Shown piece by piece: positions 1 to 7,266 of a DNA stretch of 34,506 nt. A program made the translations under genes and the position numbers. The notes beneath the pieces are model-generated. The model was given only the letters and a program-made list of their open reading frames with translations. It ran no database searches and was not told the origin of the DNA. The DNA comes from a virus (lineage: Duplodnaviria > Caudoviricetes), in IMG/VR virus record IMGVR_UViG_3300011437_000018, positions 1 to 34,506 of that record; one strand, written 5' to 3'. The stretch's first letter is position 1. Every line of letters starts with the position of its first letter.

Positions 1-493
1 CTTTCACCTCCTTTGCCAATTCCGCTGCTGCACGTCCCTGTAATTGTCCTGCTGCGATAATCTCCCTTGTGGCTTTCTGTTGAGCAAACTTTACCACCTC
101 TTCCGCACTGCGTTTTATACCCGTCATGGTGTGACCAAACTTCAACATCGCATCACTCGCAGCAGCTTGTGTTGCTTCAAAGTGCACTTGGCTAAAGGCT
201 TCCGGCACTTTTATATTGAGCTTGCGAATGTCCTTTTTGATGTCCGTTGCTGTGGTGAAATAGATTGCGGGTACTTCTTTCTGTATAAAAGATTTTGTTT
301 GATTATCCAATCTCTGCACAGAATCATTCACTCTTGATAGCATCGCCGCTGCTCGATCACGCGCAAAAGGCGTATTGCTAAAATCCTTCATTTCCCTGAT
401 TAGATCGTTATAGGCACGTGTGTAAATGGCTCCCAAAGCCCTGCTTTTGCCGTTCACTAATTGAGAGAAGCCGAGTCCGCTAAAGAGTCCCAT
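1..493 (-). CDS. Phage minor capsid / head morphogenesis (MuF-like) protein, N-terminal part, runs off the window
   Basis: Not in ORF track; hand translation from ATG 493 (MGLFSGLGFSQLVNGKSRALGAIYTRAYNDL...AELAKEVK) is open to base 1; position after portal; TACGAT-N6-ATG. Confidence 0.75.
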   Translation of the reverse strand, partial: MGLFSGLGFSQLVNGKSRALGAIYTRAYNDLIREMKDFSNTPFARDRAAAMLSRVNDSVQRLDNQTKSFIQKEVPAIYFTTATDIKKDIRKLNIKVPEAFSQVHFEATQAAASDAMLKFGHTMTGIKRSAEEVVKFAQQKATREIIAAGQLQGRAAAELAKEVK

Positions 494-509
494 ACCCTTA
501 TCGTACTGC

Positions 510-845
510 TTACCTCAGCAAACTAACAATTCCAGAGATAGCACCGACAGTACCAAAGACCATCGAAATATAAAAAGATGTTTGACTTGCCTTTCCCTCC
601 AATGTTGCCTTGGAGAGTTTTAGCGTTTCAATGTCCGCATCTAATTTATCAATAGTTGCTCGCAGCTCTATCCTTGTCACAAAGCTTGCCTTTTGGTCTG
701 TGAGTGCCTGTCGAAATTCATTCATCCCCTCCAATCTCTTATCCATAGCTTTATACGCCACATCTGTAGCCCTCTCGATATTGCCAAGCCTTGCCTCTAA
801 ATACTCTCTGAGAGGAACAAAGCCATCTTTAGATTGCTGGCTCAT
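510..845 (-). CDS. Hypothetical coiled-coil protein with C-terminal transmembrane helix
   Basis: 111 aa, heptad-like middle, hydrophobic C-terminus FYISMVFGTVGAISGIVSLL; TAATAT-N6-ATG. Confidence 0.75.
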   Translation of the reverse strand: MSQQSKDGFVPLREYLEARLGNIERATDVAYKAMDKRLEGMNEFRQALTDQKASFVTRIELRATIDKLDADIETLKLSKATLEGKASQTSFYISMVFGTVGAISGIVSLLR

Positions 846-864
846 TCTTCAATATTACACCTAC

Positions 865-1089
865 CTATGGCACAGCCAATATCACTGCTGAGACGGTACA
901 AAATAGGAAGAATGATGCTGCAAGCGTGAACCACACAACCCACACACTCAACTGATCTATTCCATATCTGTTCCATGGCATTTCTGTGAACCTCGAAATA
1001 ATCTCTTTCACTCTCTGCTGTTTTTCCTCAGATTCAATCTGCACTTTTCTACTATTGGAACCAATGGAGGAATGTTCAACAACAACCAT
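865..1089 (-). CDS. Small membrane protein
   Basis: 74 aa with hydrophobic C-terminal half; TAGAAT-N6-ATG. Confidence 0.65.
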   Translation of the reverse strand: MVVVEHSSIGSNSRKVQIESEEKQQRVKEIISRFTEMPWNRYGIDQLSVWVVWFTLAASFFLFCTVSAVILAVP

Positions 1090-1101
1090 AAGATTATTCT
1101 A

Positions 1102-2442
1102 TCAGAATGCGAATTGAGGGGGTGCAGCGGCCTTTGCATCAGAAATCATTTTTATCTTTGCCGCCAGTGCTTCCCCTTCCAATCCATCAAGATTGCGCAA
1201 TGCATCCTCCAAACTTTGGATACCCGCATTCATGCGCAATGTTTCCACCTGCGTATCCTCCAAAGGATCTTTGGGCAATCCATCGTTGAATTCGACAAAC
1301 ACGTCAGAATGCTGCAATTGTGCAGACGCTTCCCATTCCATCGCATCAACTGTCATGTCCTTAATCACGCGATGATACGGGCGTAATTTCCTCTTTACCT
1401 TTGCGAGCGTCGGAAGAATACGCAGTTTGAGCGCACCTACTTTTTCCGCACCTCCTGTGACATTCCAATCCATTAAGAGAGTCGAAATATCCGCAACACG
1501 CGCAATCGCCTCAATGATCTTTTCCTGCTCTTTGAATGCAGAATCAATAAGAGGGTTCGCATTCACGATGTACTGAGGAATGATGTCCTCACCTTCCTTT
1601 GCCACCTCAAACATCTCCGTATTCTCTACGCGCACTTTTCCAAACTGATCCAGCACACCCGGTGGAACAGCCATCTTCGCACTCGCATGTTTCTTGAGCT
1701 GCGTAGCAATTTGCGATTGATTGCGCGTCAATTCCTCAAAGAGAGTGCGCAAATCATCATAATCACTCGCTCCCTCCACTTGCCTCCCTGTTTTCACGTT
1801 GTTCACCGTGTACACAGGGATGTAATCGAGTTCAGTTTTCTCATATTGCCCAAGTAGCAAATCCGGCAAATTTGGATCGAGCATCTTGAGAGGGACTAAT
1901 CCTTGATCAACACCCTGCTCTGTGGAGAGTTTATGTAGCTCGTAGGTGATGAATCCACGTGTGTGCGTCTTGATGAATCGGTACGGCTTTTCATCAATCT
2001 TTGGCTCCCACGAGATAATCACACTCTTTGGCTCACTGTGAGAAAACATCGTGTCGTACTGCGGAAACACGTATGCAGGGTTCAACTCACAAAATTCTGC
2101 CAAACCATCTTTGAGATACATTTCAAAGTACGCTCTTCCTGCGTAACTTTGCGTCAGTGCAGACTCATCCATGCGATTGTGAAATTCCGTACGGAACATG
2201 AAATCATCAATTTTTTTCTGTGCATTCGCGTCCTGCACTTTCACCTTTACTTCTTCCGTAAACATCAGGAAAGCGAAAGATCGAGACAGCTTACCCGCAA
2301 CGTTCTGTATCACCTCCAATTGATTTTTCTTTTCCTCAGAAGTGCGGAAATACCGAAGCACAAGACCAAACTTGCCACAGTATAGCGAGTAGTTATCCTC
2401 AACTTCGCGTGACCGTGCTTTTTCTGCTTCTGTAGGAAACAT
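1102..2442 (-). CDS. Portal protein (SPP1 gp6/A118-like)
   Basis: 446 aa directly downstream of TerL; portal-like segments (YIPVYTVNN...GASDYDDL, VEFNDGLPKD, GIQSLEDAL). Confidence 0.9.
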   Translation of the reverse strand: MFPTEAEKARSREVEDNYSLYCGKFGLVLRYFRTSEEKKNQLEVIQNVAGKLSRSFAFLMFTEEVKVKVQDANAQKKIDDFMFRTEFHNRMDESALTQSYAGRAYFEMYLKDGLAEFCELNPAYVFPQYDTMFSHSEPKSVIISWEPKIDEKPYRFIKTHTRGFITYELHKLSTEQGVDQGLVPLKMLDPNLPDLLLGQYEKTELDYIPVYTVNNVKTGRQVEGASDYDDLRTLFEELTRNQSQIATQLKKHASAKMAVPPGVLDQFGKVRVENTEMFEVAKEGEDIIPQYIVNANPLIDSAFKEQEKIIEAIARVADISTLLMDWNVTGGAEKVGALKLRILPTLAKVKRKLRPYHRVIKDMTVDAMEWEASAQLQHSDVFVEFNDGLPKDPLEDTQVETLRMNAGIQSLEDALRNLDGLEGEALAAKIKMISDAKAAAPPQFAF

Positions 2443-2478
2443 GAATACATAGTAAAATTCTCTTGGTGTTTACGCCAG

Positions 2479-3939
2479 TCATTCACTTCCATCCTGTGCA
2501 CTTTCAACACCGCGTATCTTCTCAATATTCCATAAAGACAACATTAAGGATTGCGGCGCATCATCGTGATCATATTTTGCAGTACCATGTGTGAGGTTTA
2601 ATTGTCCTGTTGGCCTACGTTCCTTCACTAAGTTTTTCATCTGCTTTTCAAACTTAGGAGTGAGGGGGTGATTCTTTGGATAGGTAAGACGCTCTCTTTC
2701 ATTGGTCGCAGCAAATGCCTTTGTCAGTTTCTTCGCCATCACATCCTTGTGCTGCACAGTGAAGACCACACCGCGAACAGGTGTACGTATCCTACGCTTG
2801 AGCATAGATTTCACCGGATCTCCAACTCCAGTTGTGTCACAAAAAACAAAGCGCAATGACACTTTGTGCTGCATACTTTTTTGCTCCAACCATAATGCAA
2901 TCTCCTCAACCTGATCCGGGTATTCCCCCTTGAAGATCTCCCAATCGCGTATGTTGCGTTCGTAGTCTGTCATTGTTACCCACGTCTCATCACCATTTTC
3001 TCCTTTTGCAAAGTCGATTCCTACATCAGCAATGCGCGAATAGAAATCATCATGCTCACGTCTATGTGCAATAAGGCTCTCCCATGAAATGAAGTTGCCA
3101 ACCTCTACAATCCATTTCAAATACAAGTTCTTCTGCACCTCATCGCTATCAATACCGTGATCTGCAATATATTTATCCTGTGATTCAATCCAGCGCAGGA
3201 ACATCGGATTGTTTGTGCGCTCATGTTCTAAGCGCATAGCAATGCGCATGTGCGTGTAATCCAGTCGGATAACACTAATGTCAGGCGTGTTTGTCACCTC
3301 AGAAAGCTCCTTTGCCCTACACGCTCTGAACCCTCCATTGCCCACCCAAATATCGACACCTCCCGTAGTGGACATGGCTGGCTCCAATTCATCTTTGAAT
3401 ATCTCATCATCACCAAGGTGCTTTTCGTCACGAATGATAATGTGCGCACTGCGTCCTTCCTTCGTTGTTTTCTTCTCCTCTCTTCTAGCAAACCCTTTGA
3501 ACAGACCAAAAACATCAAGACGTGAATCATCAGGCAACATCACAATGTCTAAACTCTTTTGCTTAAAAGCAAAGTTATGCTGTAACTCGCATTTGTCATA
3601 GAGTTTCTTTGAACGATCAAAAACCTCGCTTCCCGTCGTACGCTCAGGAGCAGTAATGATTGCGCGTAATGGTTCTCCCTCTATCTTTGGGAAGATGTAG
3701 GAAAGGAACCATAGGGCATAGCACACCACCTCCGTTTTTCCGATTTGACGACACGCAGAAATATCAATCGTATGTCTCTTCCTCAGCAATACGCGATAGA
3801 TAATCTCTCGTGCAATTTTCTCCTGCTCAATAGTGATTGTCACATCAAAGAACGCAAGAACACACTCGCAGAAGAGTTTTACGAGGCCATCAACGTGCAC
3901 GGGATTGTGGACGTTAAAGCTGGGCTTTAGCGTCAACAT
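2479..3939 (-). CDS. terL: Terminase large subunit
   Basis: Walker A ACRQIGKT, Walker B IIIRDE, nuclease motifs GIDFA, CDTTGVG, HDD. Confidence 0.93.
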   Translation of the reverse strand: MLTLKPSFNVHNPVHVDGLVKLFCECVLAFFDVTITIEQEKIAREIIYRVLLRKRHTIDISACRQIGKTEVVCYALWFLSYIFPKIEGEPLRAIITAPERTTGSEVFDRSKKLYDKCELQHNFAFKQKSLDIVMLPDDSRLDVFGLFKGFARREEKKTTKEGRSAHIIIRDEKHLGDDEIFKDELEPAMSTTGGVDIWVGNGGFRACRAKELSEVTNTPDISVIRLDYTHMRIAMRLEHERTNNPMFLRWIESQDKYIADHGIDSDEVQKNLYLKWIVEVGNFISWESLIAHRREHDDFYSRIADVGIDFAKGENGDETWVTMTDYERNIRDWEIFKGEYPDQVEEIALWLEQKSMQHKVSLRFVFCDTTGVGDPVKSMLKRRIRTPVRGVVFTVQHKDVMAKKLTKAFAATNERERLTYPKNHPLTPKFEKQMKNLVKERRPTGQLNLTHGTAKYDHDDAPQSLMLSLWNIEKIRGVESAQDGSE

Positions 3940-4453
3940 GTGGGGAAATTGTTATCGTAGAAGACGGCGGGTACATACGATTCAAGAGCAATTGAAATGG
4001 ATCATTGTCAGGATTTGGTGCAGTTTGCTTGGTGATGTTCGTTGGTTCTCCAAGCTCAGTTTTCACAACATTCAGAATGTCTATCATGTCACCAACAGAG
4101 AGCTTGTGTTGCTTACACACCCCGCAGTAATGCGCATCCTCAAATTTCTTTTTGAGCTTTTCAAAAATAACATTCTTAAAGGTCTTCATCTGTTCCACGT
4201 TCTCAAAAAAACGTTGCTTTAACTTCTCTTCACCTATCGCGTTTGCTTCCTCCTGAAAGGAGAGAAGTCTTTTCCTCCAATGAAACTTTTGACACCACTT
4301 GTCTAAAGTACTTGTAGATATTCCAATATGCTTAGCGACTTTAGCGAGGCTCCTATCACTGCCCATTTCTACGTATATGCAAAATGCTTTGAACATTTCT
4401 GGAGTTTCACCTTTCACTGGCGATGGTGGATTGAGTGGTTCCATATGCTGCAT
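3914..4453 (-). CDS. terS: Terminase small subunit (start refined to ATG 4453)
   Basis: GET..FKAFCIY.EMG.DRSLAKVA HTH, W..KFHW..R; overlaps TerL start; upstream 4459-4498 looks like a leader and promoter rather than coding. Confidence 0.8.
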   Translation of the reverse strand: MQHMEPLNPPSPVKGETPEMFKAFCIYVEMGSDRSLAKVAKHIGISTSTLDKWCQKFHWRKRLLSFQEEANAIGEEKLKQRFFENVEQMKTFKNVIFEKLKKKFEDAHYCGVCKQHKLSVGDMIDILNVVKTELGEPTNITKQTAPNPDNDPFQLLLNRMYPPSSTITISPHVDAKAQL

Positions 4454-4458
4454 GGGTA

Positions 4459-4480
4459 CGCATTTAACGCTTGCGAAGCG
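4459..4480 (-). promoter_or_regulatory. H-type mini-pseudoknot in terS leader
   Basis: CGCT-T-CGCA-AGCG-TTAAA-TGCG: CGCT/AGCG and CGCA/TGCG stems; 5 nt before ATG. Confidence 0.6.
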
Positions 4481-4506
4481 AACAGCACGATCACCATAGC
4501 GCAACT

Positions 4507-4590
4507 TCAGTGCACTTGTAAAATAAACAGCAAACTAAACGTTACGACTAAAAAGAACACCCCTATCCATTGCTGGAATTTCCATTTCAT
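4507..4590 (-). CDS. Hydrophobic microprotein (27 aa, MKWKFQQWIGVFFLVVTFSLLFILQVH)
   Basis: ATGA overlap with the upstream micro-ORF; single TM-like stretch. Confidence 0.5.
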   Translation of the reverse strand: MKWKFQQWIGVFFLVVTFSLLFILQVH

Positions 4591-4673
4591 CGGAAAAGCA
4601 TTATGGGAACAACGGTCATCTCCATGGTTATAAAGAGAATACAAAGAACATGCATTACAACAATGGGCTTCAT
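4587..4673 (-). CDS. Hydrophobic microprotein (28 aa, MKPIVVMHVLCILFITMEMTVVPIMLFR)
   Basis: ATGA overlaps at both ends (with the 3D gene stop and with the next ORF). Confidence 0.5.
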   Translation of the reverse strand: MKPIVVMHVLCILFITMEMTVVPIMLFR

Positions 4674-5161
4674 AGAGCTTTAAGGTGAAGGGATAAAGAG
4701 CCTCCGGGTGATGTTTGTATGCGTTCGTATCCTTCATTTCCAAGACCTGCCCACACATCTATGCGTTTTCCCTTCACTGATCCACCTGTATCTGCACATC
4801 GCACGTATCCTATTTTCTCAATGTGTATTGTCCTTCCAAAATAAGCCAATGGACATGCGGCAATACTCAAAGGAGTCACATTGCGCACGTCCGTTCCATC
4901 AGCAGTATGAAAAGGCTCACCATCGCTCTGCATACAAATCTCTGCTTTATAATCACCTTTCATCTTCCCTCCGTACGGCGCGTAGTACAGGTTGGAAATT
5001 TTGCACACTCCTACATTCCGCGCCCACCCGTTGTAGTAACGTTCCTGTCCCTCTACTGGCGTGTAGTAGCGAGTCACAGACCAAATACCGAGAAAGTCCC
5101 CTGCGTGGGCATTGTCGGCTGTGATAAGGAACGCTGCTACCAAAAGAAGCGTTCGTACCAT
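4670..5161 (-). CDS. Secreted 3D-domain (MltA-like) peptidoglycan hydrolase
   Basis: Signal peptide ending AHA; TADGT, IAACP..FGRTIHI, DTGGSVKGKRIDVW motifs. Confidence 0.85.
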   Translation of the reverse strand: MVRTLLLVAAFLITADNAHAGDFLGIWSVTRYYTPVEGQERYYNGWARNVGVCKISNLYYAPYGGKMKGDYKAEICMQSDGEPFHTADGTDVRNVTPLSIAACPLAYFGRTIHIEKIGYVRCADTGGSVKGKRIDVWAGLGNEGYERIQTSPGGSLSLHLKAL

Positions 5162-5190
5162 GTGCCAAACATAGTATCTGAAAGAGACAA

Positions 5191-5228
5191 GAAAACCGCG
5201 CCCTTTTACTTGCGTTTGGACGCGGTTT
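5191..5228 (-). terminator. Intrinsic terminator-like hairpin
   Basis: Minus strand AAACCGCGTCC...GGGCGCGGTTT followed by TCTT. Confidence 0.6.
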
Positions 5229-5277
5229 GTATGGTGGTTTTTACGGTGGTTTTTACGGCTTTATGCGTGGTTTTGAC
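5221..5277. repeat. 12-bp direct repeats GGTGGTTTTTAC (2 exact copies plus degenerate flanks)
   Basis: Exact copies at 5233-5244 and 5245-5256; degenerate CGCGGTTTGTAT 5221-5232 and GTGGTTTTGAC 5267-5277. Confidence 0.75.
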
Positions 5278-5280
5278 GCA

Positions 5281-6054
5281 CTATACTCCTGTGAGCGACA
5301 TTACCGATGTGAACGCACTTTGTTGGCTTTGAAGACGCTTGATATTCTTGCGCATACGATCCTCTTTTCTCTCCAAGCGTTCACGTGTCTCCGCTTCCTT
5401 CTGCTCCTTACGTTCCCTCTGCAAAACCCATTGATCAAAGCTGCCCCTACGCTCACACCACGTCTTCCCAATAGTGTCAAAAACGAGCGGAAAGCCATCA
5501 CGGATCTGTCGTACCAATGTCATGCGGTCTATGTCACCAAGCACACGCGCATTGCTCTCTCCGCGCTTTAGAATGCCATGGTGTTCTAACTCATCGGCAA
5601 TTTTTGACCACTTACGCTGAGACAGCCCTAGGTCACTCATCGCCGCAGTCGTGAAACTCTTTTTCTCGAAAAGATACGATATGAAGTTGTCTAATGGGAT
5701 TCCCTGATAGGTGTTCTGATTCCCTTTGCCTTTCCTCACGTACGTGCGCTTGCCCAGCAGATACAAACGCTTCGCATTCAGCGTCAGCAAGAGCACGATG
5801 CAGAAGACGACTACGCGGGACATAAAAGGCAAGTGGATAGTTGCGGTAAGTATCCCGAGTGCGAAATGCGGAAGCATGATTGCCAGCAAGAACGCTACTG
5901 CTGTTAAGCATTTCAAAATTGCTTTCATCAACGACGATGCCGAAGAGTTCTCTAGCCATCTGAGGAACTTTACATAGAGAACACGGCGTAAGGAAAGAAG
6001 ATGAATGACTTGTTCGTTTTGAATAGGCCGGATTTGAAAATTTTGGTTTTCCAT
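5281..6054 (-). CDS. Membrane-anchored protein with FtsK-gamma-like winged helix and C-terminal coiled coil
   Basis: Hydrophobic helices ~aa 45-92; LGLSQRKWSKIADELEHHGILKRGESNARVL resembles FtsK gamma wHTH; charged coiled-coil tail. Confidence 0.65.
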   Translation of the reverse strand: MENQNFQIRPIQNEQVIHLLSLRRVLYVKFLRWLENSSASSLMKAILKCLTAVAFLLAIMLPHFALGILTATIHLPFMSRVVVFCIVLLLTLNAKRLYLLGKRTYVRKGKGNQNTYQGIPLDNFISYLFEKKSFTTAAMSDLGLSQRKWSKIADELEHHGILKRGESNARVLGDIDRMTLVRQIRDGFPLVFDTIGKTWCERRGSFDQWVLQRERKEQKEAETRERLERKEDRMRKNIKRLQSQQSAFTSVMSLTGV

Positions 6055-6225
6055 ATAATTTTATGTGTGTGTGAAAAATGTAAAACTAGTTTTGCTTTAG
6101 GCATGTTTATTGCCTAATTTGAAGAGTGCGGAAGTTGCCGAATGAATCAGGCAAACGCACATACACGAATGGTTCTCTTGTCATTGTGTGTGTTTGGAAG
6201 GAAGTAATATGAATATTATACTATA

Positions 6226-6254
6226 AATCCCCCTATTTTACTAGGGGGAAGTTT
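6226..6254. terminator. Hairpin terminator, possibly bidirectional
   Basis: TCCCCCTA-TTTTAC-TAGGGGGA flanked by A/T runs. Confidence 0.6.
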
Positions 6255-6279
6255 TGTACTTGGCATGTTACAACCGCAA

Positions 6280-6417
6280 TTAGCGATTGTCCGTATTTTT
6301 TGCCTTCTCCGCTGCACTCTTCTGAGCATCCTCACGACGCTTCTGCTCTGCGAGCTTGTCCTCAATGCCATTCGCAGCAGCATCCAATTTCTTCTGAGCC
6401 TGAGAGTCGTTGCCCAT
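6280..6417 (-). CDS. Small hydrophilic protein (45 aa; start refined to MGNDSQ)
   Basis: TACTAT -10 box near 6457-6462, TTCCCACCATATTTT leader, downstream hairpin. Confidence 0.55.
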   Translation of the reverse strand: MGNDSQAQKKLDAAANGIEDKLAEQKRREDAQKSAAEKAKNTDNR

Positions 6418-6468
6418 AAAATATGGTGGGAAGGAAATAGAAATACATGACTGCAATAGTAGACGATC

Positions 6469-6494
6469 AAAAAGAACCGCCATTACAGCGGTTC
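6469..6494 (-). terminator. Intrinsic terminator
   Basis: GAACCGC-TGTAATG-GCGGTTC-TTTTT. Confidence 0.75.
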
Positions 6495-6521
6495 CTCTTG
6501 CCTAAGTGGGCATTGTACAAA

Positions 6522-6794
6522 CTATGCTTTCACCGCACTGATCTCTAGTCCCTGCTCTGTGCGCTTGAACATAGCCATTTCGCCAGCGGTGGGCTTCCAC
6601 TCGCCAGCATCAGCAGCGAGTGTGCAGTTATCCGTGTCCTTATCACCATCCTCAACCTCTGCGGTGACAACGAATACATCGGCACTGATCTGCTCAACAT
6701 TTTTTACCATGAGTTCCTTGGATTCTCCTACTTGGAAGTTATTGCGAAGCGCATTTACATCTGCGCCTGATTCTGTTTGTGGCTGATCTGCCAT
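6522..6794 (-). CDS. Small acidic hypothetical protein (90 aa; start refined to MADQPQ)
   Basis: TGcTATAGT upstream, TTACCCCTTTTTT leader, own terminator. Confidence 0.65.
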   Translation of the reverse strand: MADQPQTESGADVNALRNNFQVGESKELMVKNVEQISADVFVVTAEVEDGDKDTDNCTLAADAGEWKPTAGEMAMFKRTEQGLEISAVKA

Positions 6795-6839
6795 AAAAAA
6801 GGGGTAATGGAATAAGGATTGCACTATAGCATCCTATGA

Positions 6840-7253
6840 CTAAGGTTCAACCAACAGCACTGCACCTTGTGCAATGTTGCAAACGATATAGGGAACACCC
6901 GCGTAATCCACATCCTCCCAATCAATCACGGCTCCAGTTGTAAGGGTGATGCGAAGAGTGCCGTAGTATTTCCCCTTGAGTCCTGCGGTATCTTCTGGCG
7001 CAAGAATTACTCGAATCTCTCCACTGGCAATCGTCATATCTGTGGCTCCTACACTCAGGAGCTTTGTTACCACAGCATCATCATTGTCATCCAATAGTCT
7101 CTTCTTCAATAGAAATTCAGCTTCCTCAACTTCCGCAGCCTCAATATCATCTCCACGCTTAGCCACCTCACTCCAATCCGCAGAATATGTTGTAAGGAAT
7201 TGCAAAATGCGATCTGTGGATGCAGGGAAGACGATGACACGCTCTTTTGCCAT
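6840..7253 (-). CDS. Virion structural protein, BppU/baseplate-upper-like beta sandwich
   Basis: GEIRVILAPEDT..L.GKYYGTLRIT pattern; TATACT-N6-ATG. Confidence 0.55.
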   Translation of the reverse strand: MAKERVIVFPASTDRILQFLTTYSADWSEVAKRGDDIEAAEVEEAEFLLKKRLLDDNDDAVVTKLLSVGATDMTIASGEIRVILAPEDTAGLKGKYYGTLRITLTTGAVIDWEDVDYAGVPYIVCNIAQGAVLLVEP

Positions 7254-7266
7254 GTGCTGAGTATAA

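Noticed and set aside
5221-5277. CRISPR mini-array or type III antitoxin repeats
   Set aside because: 12-bp abutting units with no spacers; too short and downstream of the gene
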